This document shows positions 54,774-64,000 of a DNA stretch of 64,000 nt, in pieces (the stretch's first letter is position 1; each line of letters begins with the position of its first letter). The notes under the pieces were generated by a model, which saw only the letters and a program-made list of their open reading frames with translations, did not search any database and was not told the DNA's origin. Source of the DNA: Lytechinus pictus (Eukaryota); NCBI RefSeq assembly GCF_037042905.1, contig NC_087251.1:49477358-49541357 (forward strand), in the 5' to 3' direction. The translations under genes were made by a program, and so were the position numbers.

Positions 54774-55005
54774 GACAGGATAGCCCATGAAAGCCGAAAG
54801 GCTTATTTCCAATGGGGTCCTATAGTTAGTATAAAACATTAACATATTGTAACAAAAAATATAAACTACGACAAGTACTGGAATATTGGAAGAAAAAAAA
54901 TACATACAAACATATCTTCCTACATTAATAATGCGAGCACAAAAATGTTGATATTTTTATCTGAAACTGGATAGTGATTTAAATAGAGAACAAGTTGAAT
55001 ATCTA

Positions 55006-55294
55006 CACTGTTAGAAAATTTATCCTTAAAATAAAAGAAGTTCCTGCAGCAGAGTCTCGAGAACACATGTAATCTTACCAGATTGCGTAATCTTACAGGA
55101 AATTGGTATTTGGTGTATTTAATGGAACCTTACAAATTTCCTTTAATAAAACACCCTGTTCCCCTTTTTAAACAGACCTGTTCTGTCAAATTGCAGAAAA
55201 AATTCCTGTTTTATGAATTTACAGAATGATTCTGTTATTACTTTTTGCAAAATCTTCTTTCTTTTTTCTGTAAAATAAGGGTTTTTTAACAGTG
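55006..55294. mobile_element. CACTG-terminated MITE (CMC/EnSpm-like)
   Basis: TA|CACTGTTA...TAACAGTG|TA. Confidence 0.75.
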
Positions 55295-55848
55295 TAAATA
55301 AACATGAAAATCAAAGCGAGCGCGAAGCGCGAGCTTAAACTATTTGATATTCCGATCTTAAAAGAGACAATTTCAGCTCTATATTTCAAGCACTTTTTAG
55401 GAAATTGCACGGATCGCACTTAATAAAGAGCTGACATTTTTATTATAATTACTATGAGTTTTGACATAGGACCGCGACATCCTTAGGACAAATCATCATA
55501 TGAAAATGATAACTGTCTTCCTATTCCTCTTGCTAAGCGCGAGATGAAACAAAGGGACAATTCCATTATTAAATTAATATCTTATTCATTAATGCCTAAT
55601 GAGGGCGCGAAATCTAATGATATTATGACCTGAAAACCGAAAATTTCAAGCACTTTTGCAATTATAAGTAAGATGCATCAGTTATTAATGCGAGCACAAA
55701 TTGCAAGCCTAAATTAAGTAGTTTGTTGTATAATCAGTATTGAGACATACACAACTTGCCAATCAATTAAAATGCATGCGAGTGTGCAGCGCTAGCTGAT
55801 ACGTTTTGACAGTCAAACCTGAAAAGGGATATTTTGACAACTTTATAT

Positions 55849-56133
55849 ATCGCTGATGTGGTTTACGGTACACCATGTGAAGTGTTGTAGAAACAGTGGA
55901 TAGGAGAAGAGAAGAAATGGATAGGCGAGAAAGTGGAGATTTGAGAGTAGAGTGTTCTTTCTTGAAAGTAGTCCTGAAAAGGACTGTAAACCAGGAAAGA
56001 TTGATGAGTTGAGAACAGCTTGAGTAGTAGAGCTAGTGAGGAGATGCTGGCTTGAGTCGGCGAGTAGAGATGATGAGTAGTAGAGAGACTCGACGTTTCG
56101 GGCAGGTTGACTGTCCGTCTTCAGGTTGACTCT
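55849..56133 (-). mobile_element. Penelope-like element terminal fragment with hammerhead-like core
   Basis: Minus strand: aagagtcaacCTGAAGAcggacagtcaacctgcccGAAACgtcgagtc, followed by a pyrimidine-rich segment. Interrupts the copy-1 repeat. Confidence 0.6.
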
Positions 56134-56245
56134 TTTTTCTTTCCCTTTTCTTTCTTTCCTTAATTTTTTTCTCTTTTTTTTTGCTCCGCCAATAGGGGGC
56201 CCGGGCCCCTCGGGCCCCCTGGATCCGCCTATGATTGTAGTCATC

Positions 56246-56409
56246 TAACGAATGATGAAATTTTGCTGTAAATAAAAGACTATACAGTGTGATTAAAGCT
56301 CGGCTTGATGAATGTTTTAAATACTGTAGTTTAAAACATTCATCAAGAGCTTAAATCACACTGTATAGTTTTTTATTTAGAGAAAATTGAAAATTGCATC
56401 ATTCGTTGG
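56246..56409. repeat. Near-perfect palindrome (hairpin MITE)
   Basis: actatacagtgtgattaaagctc..ttgatgaatgttttaaa / tttaaaacattcatcaagagcttaaatcacactgtatagt. Confidence 0.75.
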
Positions 56410-56932
56410 AAAAAATATTAAAAAACGATTTAAAACAATAATAAAAAAAAGGTTTAACAATTGAAATAAAAAGAAATTCACGTTAGATATAGATTTCTAG
56501 ATCTAAATCTGAATAGGTGCGCAGTCCCGATTCATTGACTGGCCATACCAGGGTGGTGTTTCATAAAGCTGTTCGTAAAGTTACGCACAACTTAACGACT
56601 GGAACATGTTCTGATATATAAGTCAGCTACAAGGGTCACCAGTCGTGCGTAAAGTCCTTCGTAACTTACGAACAGCTTTATGAAACGGGCCCCTGGTGTG
56701 TGTTTCATAAAGCTGCTCAAAAGTTGCACACAATTTTACGAACGACTGGATGTTCTTATGTCCTAATTGAATGACATAGGGATGTATCAGAATGGATCAC
56801 CAGTCGTGCGTAAAGTCATTCGTATATTACGAACAGATTTATGATAATGAAACACCCACCTGTTACCTTACTTTTTAGGCCTAACAATTTATTACCCCCT
56901 TTTTTGTCTAATTTTCAAGTTCTGTTAAATAG

Positions 56933-58099
56933 CAGGGGCGGATCCAGCCATCGCCAATGGGGGGGGGGGACGAAATTTTTATTCAGCAATATTTTCCCCA
57001 ATCGGCCGCTCGAAGTTGATTTCTGTGTTTCTTTGAAGGGGTAGTCCTAATACTAGTCACTTAGCTTTATTCTTATAAATCAACATAAAAATATAATAAT
57101 TTTATAATCCTTATTTAAATAGTGCGAGCGCGAAGCGTGAGCTATTACTTTTTAAATGTATTTTGTCCTAAAATTTGAGCATTCTGGACAATGTTTGTGA
57201 CTCTGAACAAGATGTGTATGAAACTGAATCAGAAATTTTCAATAGACGTTTTGAACTGATCGAAAAGGCACCTGTTAACATGATTAAGGAGTGCTTGCAG
57301 TTATCCATGAAGACGTTTCATATTTCAACAATTAAATAATGCGAGCGCGAAGCGCGAGCTGAAAATTTTTGACATTTCTGCCTGAAGAATGGAAGTTCTA
57401 AACACTTTTTGTAATCGTGAACTAGCTAGGTACGTAACTAATCAATTGATGCGAGCGCGAAGCGCGAGCGGAAAAATTCGAGATTTCGACCTAAAAAACG
57501 AACGGGATACTCTATTCATGTTTTGTAAATTTTTGATATTCTGATCCGACACTGGACAATGTTTAAAATAAAAAACAAGCTGCGTATCTGAATAAACATG
57601 CGCGCACGTGTTTCAGATTTAAACCTATTTTTTTTATCATGAAAATCAAAGCGAGCACGAAGGGTGAGCTTAGAATAGTTGGTATTCTCATCTGAAAAAG
57701 GGTCAATTTAAGCTCTATACTTCAGTTCAAGCACTATGTAGGAAAATTGTGAGGTGGATATGGTCATGGATCGCATAAAGAGCTGATATTTTTCATTACC
57801 GGTGTTCCAAATTTGATATTTTGAGCTCCATATTGAGCAAGATATGTAAATCATCTAGGCCTACACTGTTATTGTTAAAATAAAATAACACTAGGCCTAC
57901 AGGCAATGCGAGCGCGAAAATTCTACACCGGTACCGTACTACGTAGGCCTAGTGACATGAACAATTTTGGTTATTTTCCAAGTCTTCCACTCATCTTATT
58001 TATTCAATCATCTTCTTTCTTTCCTTAAATTTATCCCCCCCCTTTCTTTTGCTCCGCCAATAGCAAAATAGGGGGAGGCGCCTCCCCCCCCCCCCTATG
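56933..58099 (+). mobile_element. Same CAGGGGCGGATCC family, copy 2 (degenerate right end)
   Basis: 5' end nearly identical to 47351; same internal repeats; ends ...ctatg about 105 bp from the H2A HDE. No TSD seen. Confidence 0.75.
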
Positions 58100-58204
58100 A
58101 CAGAGTATGATTATGAATAGGGTGACTTTAGTTTTACTTAGGGGTCTTAGTTTAAGTAAATTATTATTGAATATTTTGAAATACGAGACTAAATACGATT
58201 TTGT

Positions 58205-58239
58205 TCTTTCTTGAATTTGTGGTGGCTCTGAAAAGAGCC
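58205..58239 (-). terminator. Histone 3' stem-loop and histone downstream element (U7 site)
   Basis: Minus strand reads aaacGGCTCTTTTCAGAGCCacca (stem-loop 58239-58224), then CAAGAAAGA (58213-58205), the sea-urchin HDE consensus. Confidence 0.95.
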
Positions 58240-58268
58240 GTTTGGTTGACACCAGCAAAGAGAACTCT

Positions 58269-58646
58269 TTACTTGGATGATTTAGCAGACTTCTTAGGCA
58301 GAAGAACAGCCTGGATGTTGGGGAGAACACCACCCTGGGCGATGGTGACTCCTCCAAGAAGCTTGTTCAACTCCTCGTCGTTCCTGATGGCGAGCTGCAA
58401 GTGACGGGGGATGATACGGGTCTTCTTGTTGTCGCGGGCGGCGTTGCCAGCCAACTCGAGGATTTCAGCAGCCAAGTATTCGAGCACAGCGGCTAGGTAG
58501 ACTGGGGCTCCGGCACCAACACGCTGGGCATAGTTTCCCTTGCGGAGGAATCGGTGGACACGACCGACGGGGAACTGAAGTCCTGCACGGGATGATCTGC
58601 TCTTTGCCTTACCCTTGGCTTTAGCGCCCTTACCACGTCCAGACAT
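58269..58646 (-). CDS. H2A: Histone H2A, replication-dependent, late-type-like (125 aa, intronless)
   Basis: [39 protein letters not shown]...[18 protein letters not shown], an intact canonical H2A ORF. Confidence 0.98.
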   Translation of the reverse strand: MSGRGKGAKAKGKAKSRSSRAGLQFPVGRVHRFLRKGNYAQRVGAGAPVYLAAVLEYLAAEILELAGNAARDNKKTRIIPRHLQLAIRNDEELNKLLGGVTIAQGGVLPNIQAVLLPKKSAKSSK

Positions 58647-58714
58647 GATTGTTTATTCGGGATTTATCGATTCGAGTTAGAAACGAAACTGTGATTGGAA
58701 AAGTTTCGTCAACG

Positions 58715-58859
58715 TATTTATACGTATCGTGAGTCCGCTGCGCCGCCGCACTGAAGGGCGGTCAGCCAATGAACGACCACAGTAAGATGTATTGTCCAAT
58801 GAGAGCGAGCCATTCTTGTCACTCTTCCGGAATCAGAAATATTTGCATATGATTTGCAT
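58715..58859 (-). promoter_or_regulatory. H2A promoter: TATA box, two CCAAT boxes, two octamers
   Basis: TATAAATA on minus strand at 58722-58715; CCAAT on plus strand at 58766-58770 and 58796-58800; ATTTGCAT at 58841-58848 and 58852-58859. Confidence 0.8.
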
Positions 58860-59719
58860 ATACCGCTAATTTTCAATCGTGAATTTATTGTGTACGTTTG
58901 CCGATACGTGTATTGCACGTGTTAGCATGCGTTGTGTGGATTCTTGAACGAGAAGATGATTTTTCGCCATGGATTTACAGGCAGCTGAACTTTCATGTTT
59001 TTATGTGCTGGGAGTTTAGAGTCGTACGCTGGCAGCTCGCAGGGTACATATATAGCTCTATGCAGTAACTTAGCACGGGATGGAGTATTTTTGTTGTCCA
59101 AGGCAATAGGGGTAGAAAATATTCATACCGGTACTCGGTACCAGTAGTTGCATTTGCCGATCTTCGCTTAAATTTTGCAAATCATTCACATAATTTTTAT
59201 TTAATTAATCTTTTTAAATCTAGAGTCTAGACTAGATCTGACTAGAGTCTAGATCTAGATTTTATTTCGTTGGTTTTCTATTTCTTCACAACTCGAGTCC
59301 CAAAATCCGAGAGAAGATTTATCGGACCCGATTTTTTTAATAAATATACATGTATTTGACTTAGCTAGAGGCTATATCAAACGACCGAAAGGCAATTGCC
59401 ATTGATTGAGCTCCATTAAAAAAATAAAATAAAGGACAGGACAAGTACATCCCAATAAAAAGTTGATTTGAATAAAAAGAGAAAATCCAACAAGTATAAA
59501 CACTGAAAATTTCATCAAAATCGGATGTAAAATAAGAGTTATGACATACTATTAGGAAAGTAGGAATACTACCTCCTTGAGTTTAACCATGCAAGCAACA
59601 TGTGATGGAGTTGTGAAATGAGGTAATAACATAAAGTATCAATATACTGGAAAGAAGGTCAACATGAGTTACAAGAATGGTGAAATACATACAAAGGCAT
59701 ACATTTATGTCGAATTATG

Positions 59720-61594
59720 CATAGGCGGATCCAGGGGGCCCGGGCCCCCCTATTGGCGGAGCAAAAAAGGAAAGAAGGAAAAAAAAAGGAGGGAAAAGAG
59801 AGGAAAAAAAGAAGAGGAAGACGATTGAATAAAATAAGATGAGGGGAAGACTTGGAAAATAAAAAGAATCTTTCATGTCACTAAAATTTTCGCTCGCGCT
59901 TCACGCTCGCATTCCCTGTTACTTTGTGTTAGGTACATATCTCGTTCAATATGGAGCTTAAATATCAAGTTTGGAAGTCAATATACAATTCACCTCGGAA
60001 ATCGAACTTTCATTATTTTGTGTGGTTTCCAAATCAATTTTTAAATGTGCTCTGTAAAAATGAAAGTTTTATGGTCTGAATTATAAAAATGTTCTGCTCT
60101 CGCTGCGCGCTCGCAAATTTTGATTTATCAGGTACCTATCATTTTCCTGTATTCCATTTAGTTTTCAAAATATCTCTTTTCAGGTCTGATTGTCAAACGT
60201 ATATGCAGATAGCGCTACATGCTCGCATTTGGCAGGTTATGTAGGCCTATGCCTATATACTACAAACTACTTAAAATCCAATTTTCATCCCCTTTTTTTT
60301 TATCTTGCGCTTAGCAAGAGATAGGAAGATAGTCATTTTCATATGATAGGATGTCCCGGTCCTATGTCAAAACTCAAAGTAACGAGAGCTGAAATTGATT
60401 TTTTTTCAGATCGGAATATGAAATAGTTTAAGCTCGCGCTTCGCGCTCGCTTCGATTTTCAAGATAAAAGATGTATTTAGAATGCCAAGGGCTAAATCTG
60501 AAACGCGCGCGCATGTTTGTTCAGATACTCATCTTGTTGTCTATGTAAATCATTATCCAGTTTCAGAGCACGTACACTAATTTTATGTTCGCGCTATGCC
60601 TATTTCTCATACTTTTCATGATTTACAAAACATGAGCAGAGTGTCCCGTGTTTTAGGTCCAAATCTCGATTTTTTTTGCTCAAAGCCTCGCGCTCGCATC
60701 AATTGTTTAGTTATATAGATATCATGTTCGCGCTCGCATCAATTGCTATATAGCTATCCTGTTCACAATTACAAAAACTGATTAAAATTTTCAATTCTTT
60801 GTGTAGAAATGTCAATAACTTTCAGCTCGCGTTTCGCGCTCGCATTATTTGATTGTTGAAATATGTAAGGTCTTCATGGCTAAGTGCAAGCAATCCTTAA
60901 CAGGTAGGCCTACCTTTTCAATCAGTTCAAAACGTGTATAAAATTTTGTGCCTGCGTTTTGTGCTCGCATTATTAATGTAAGGACCCCCAATTACTCATC
61001 CTTTTCATGAATAGAGTGTCTCGTTTGTAGGTTTAAATCTCGAAATTTTCCGCTCGCGCTACGCGCTCCGATCAATTGTTTATTTATATATATATACCTA
61101 TTTCTTTTAAGTTTTAAAAAATTGCTTAGAATTTCCATTCTTTAGGTCAAAATGTAAAAAAAATGTCAGCTAGCATTATTTAATTGTTAAAAAATGTAAC
61201 GTCTTCATGGCTAACTGCAAGAAGTCTGTTACAGATATACCTTTTCCATCAGTTCATTTCTGCTCGCTTTTCGCGTTCGTAGCAATTATTTAGTTGCATA
61301 TACATCTTTTTCAGCGGGATAACAAACATTGCCCAGAATGTTCAAATTTTAGGAAAAATACATTAAAATTTCAACAAAAAAATTTAGCTCGCGCTTCACG
61401 CTCGCATTATGTGAATTAGGATTATGATATTATATATTCATGTTGATTTATTTAAGAATAAAGCTAGGAAGTTACTATGAGGACTACCCCTTCAAAGAAA
61501 CAAACAAAAATCATCTTCGAGCGGCCGATCGGGGAAAATATGAGTGAAAAAATCCGCCCCCCCCCCCTATTGGCGAAGGCTGGAGCCGCCCCTG
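59720..61594 (-). mobile_element. Same CAGGGGCGGATCC family, copy 3 (reverse orientation, ~1.9 kb)
   Basis: cataggcggatcc at 59720 and ggagccgcccctg ending 61594; TTATG flanks both ends. Confidence 0.8.
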
Positions 61595-62140
61595 TTATGT
61601 GAATAATATAGACCATTTTTTGAAATGAAGAACTATTTTTTTCCTTTTCTCAGCTATCTTATATTCAATTTTCTGTTTCATTTTAAGAAGAGAAATGAAA
61701 GAGTGGAAATCAAGGTCAACATTTTGAAATTTGCATCGAATAATATAAAACTTTAAACATAAGAACAAAAATACATAAATCGTGCCTGCTCCCGATGTCA
61801 ACACCAAACAAATAGCTGACATTTTGGATACACGGTTGTCTCGATCGTTAATCTTGTGATCAATAAAATCAGAAAGTTTATTCCAAATGGGGACTACTAC
61901 TGCACATTCACAAAAAATATGACTCAGAGTTTCAGGAACCATCTTACAAAAATGACAAAATGGAGAATCTGTTCTTCCAATTTTGAATAAAAACGAATTA
62001 TCAGCTATCGTATTATGAAAGATTCTAAAATAAAAGGACCGTCAGTTGGGTATCTATTGTGCATCTAAAAAATTATTCTTATGTAAAAATATTGCAGACC
62101 AGTCAACTTCGTTCCTATCTAGACCAAGATGTATACCTTT
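61595..62140 (-). pseudogene. Degenerate Tx1/L1-type LINE ORF2 C-terminus (zf-RVT-like zinc knuckle)
   Basis: Minus-strand translation: VDWSAIF...CTIDTQL..FYFRIFHNTIA...SPFCHFCKMVPETLSHIFCECAVVVPIW, with frameshifts upstream. Confidence 0.75.
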
Positions 62141-62416
62141 ATTGTAAATTCATGGTGCAATTAAGTTTTTTAAACTACCATGCATGTATGTATTATTTGT
62201 GATTTTTATTAATAAAACCATTTCTATCTATTGTTTAATACTATATATATAGGGTTCGGTCAAGTTTGGTACTGTAAAAAATGAAATATTGTATAATTCA
62301 AACAAGATAAAAACAAAAGAAATAGTGAGTGAAAGACATCATCGACCGTCTCATTCCCATGTCCCTGAATTGTGCATTTCACTGTTTTCTAAAAAATAAG
62401 CGATTTTTTTTTTTAA

Positions 62417-62956
62417 AGGGATGGTCCGGGCTGAAAATGATTACATCTAAATGTATAGTAAAATTCACAGAGCAAAATGCTGAACATTCATCGAAAACAG
62501 TTACATGCACATCGTCATGAATATTCATTAGGTGGGCTGATGATGTCACATCCCTACTTTCCTTTTTCTTATGTTATACATGAAATCATGAATGTTTCAT
62601 AATGACATTTCTGTACATGACGTGTCTCCATTATGATGAAATAAGTTGCGGCAATAACCAACTAATGCACTTAATCAGTTGTCAATCCAATTGTTTTAGT
62701 TCTTGGTAGAAACATTTTGAACAAACCTTATTTAATATGATAACATACAAAAGAACAAGTGGGGATCATCAGCCCACCTAATGAATATTCATAAAGTCAT
62801 GCCTAGAACTGTTTCACCGGAATAATGCAAATCTTTAAAATTCAATAACTTTGTTATTATCCGATTTTGATCAAAATTGTAAGCATTTTGCTTTGTGAAT
62901 TTTACTCTATACTTGTATTTATTGAGATATAAATATTTCCAGCCTGAACCATCCCT
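62417..62956. mobile_element. MITE with TTAA TSD (agggatggtccgggctg family); partial relatives at ~24650-25125, ~26745-27100, ~42630-42900
   Basis: TTAA|AGGGATGGTCC...GAACCATCCCT|TTAA. Confidence 0.8.
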
Positions 62957-63449
62957 TTAAAACGTCGTACTTTCTTATTTTACATCCGATTGTGATGAAA
63001 TTTTCAGCGTTACACTAGTTTGATTTTATTCAAATAAACATTTTCTGGGGGGGGGGGGCTTTAGCTTTATAAAACATAATTAGTCTTCATTTTTACACCC
63101 TAGCAAATTTGACCCTATACACGTAGCTTTCCTAGCGAAAATAGATACCCTTTTTTCACTATTCTAGTGTTTTTGACACCCTTATTTAATTACGTTACGT
63201 ACGTAACGTGCCCTATCTTAAAAAAGACATCCCTTTTTACGTGTTTTTTTGGTCGCACAAGGTATCCACTCGTCGATGTAAGTGCCCCCCCCCCCCCGGG
63301 ATAAAGTCTTGCAACTTGTACCGTCGCAAGAAATACACATCCACTGGTAGTAAACATTCCACCCTCGAATTTCCTCCTTATTTTTTATGAATTGTTTTAA
63401 AGTGCCACTTTAACACACGAGTCTATGGGAAGTAAATTATGCCTGTGAT

Positions 63450-64000
63450 CAGTGGCGTAACTACGGGGGGGGGGGGCGGCATGGGGGTCACGTGCCCCCT
63501 CCCCATCGGGGAAAAGGAGAAAAAGATGGAGAAAGGAAGAGAAACGTGGGAAAGAAGAAATTATTGCTCATTATAATTTTATATTCTATTATAACTATGT
63601 TATATTACATAAAAAAATATTTTTTCATATCTTCATTATCTATCATAATTTGCTCAGGGCCTATATGTCTTCATTGTTCCTGGTGCTCGTATTGTCTGTT
63701 TAACGAGATATACAATCCTTTTGTGCTAAAGCCTTCCGTTTTCAAGTCAATATACATATAAATATTTTTCCTCGCATTTCGAGTTATTGTTTTATGTAGT
63801 TTCTTTTTCATGACAACTTAAAGCGATTGCCTCATTCTAAGGTCTTCATAATAAATATAAAACATTTCCTGTCCGTGCTCACGTTTGCAATATAGTGGAT
63901 TGGTGAGATTATGTCTGATCTTCATGAATTCCTTAAAATCAGTCCTTAAAATGTCCCCTTTTCTGATCTGAATATCAAAAATTTTCAGCTCGCGCTTCGC
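63450..64000 (+). mobile_element. Left part of a CAGTGGCGTA-terminated TIR element, running off the window
   Basis: cagtggcgtaactac + G-run terminus; interior related to the GCGAGCGCGAAGCGCG repeat family. Confidence 0.55.

Larger units (their letters stand above)
48301..54917 (-). mobile_element. LINE 3'-end fragment split by the foldback insertion (48301-48376 + 54782-~54917)
   Basis: Removing the foldback gives, on minus strand, ...ggaccccattggaaataagcctttcggctttcatgggctatcctgtc...gAATAAAatcaatcaatcaat: hairpin plus microsatellite tail, typical of L2/Crack-type 3' ends. Confidence 0.65.
47351..56233 (+). mobile_element. Non-autonomous TIR element (CAGGGGCGGATCC...GGATCCGCCTATG), copy 1, enlarged by nested insertions
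   Basis: Imperfect TIRs; ATTGTAG duplicated at 47344-47350 and 56234-56240; internal repeats with GCGAGCGCGAAGCGCGAGC. Confidence 0.8.

Overview
AT-rich, repeat-dense eukaryotic genomic DNA, most likely from a sea urchin (late-type H2A sequence and the echinoid CAAGAAAGA histone downstream element; inference). Two host genes are supportable. (1) A three-exon minus-strand PP1-inhibitor gene of the PPP1R14/CPI-17/PHI-1 family (CDS 43564-43343, 11722-11609, 8669-8568; 145 aa), with a 31.6-kb first intron that only splices in frame through a GC donor. (2) A solitary replication-dependent histone H2A gene (58646-58269) with stem-loop, HDE, TATA, CCAAT and octamer elements but no H2B partner. The rest is mostly transposable-element material: many MITEs with recognisable TIRs/TSDs, a tRNA-derived SINE, Helentron/Tsp-like elements carrying tandem arrays, and LINE fragments (an intact 5'-truncated L2/CR1-group RT, RTE and Tx1/L1 remnants). 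It also holds a Penelope-like fragment with a hammerhead-like core and a 6.4-kb foldback element with ~450-600-bp repeat-array TIRs and an 8-bp TSD inside a multi-layer nested insertion. TE superfamily names are inferred from termini and TSDs only; no database searches were possible.
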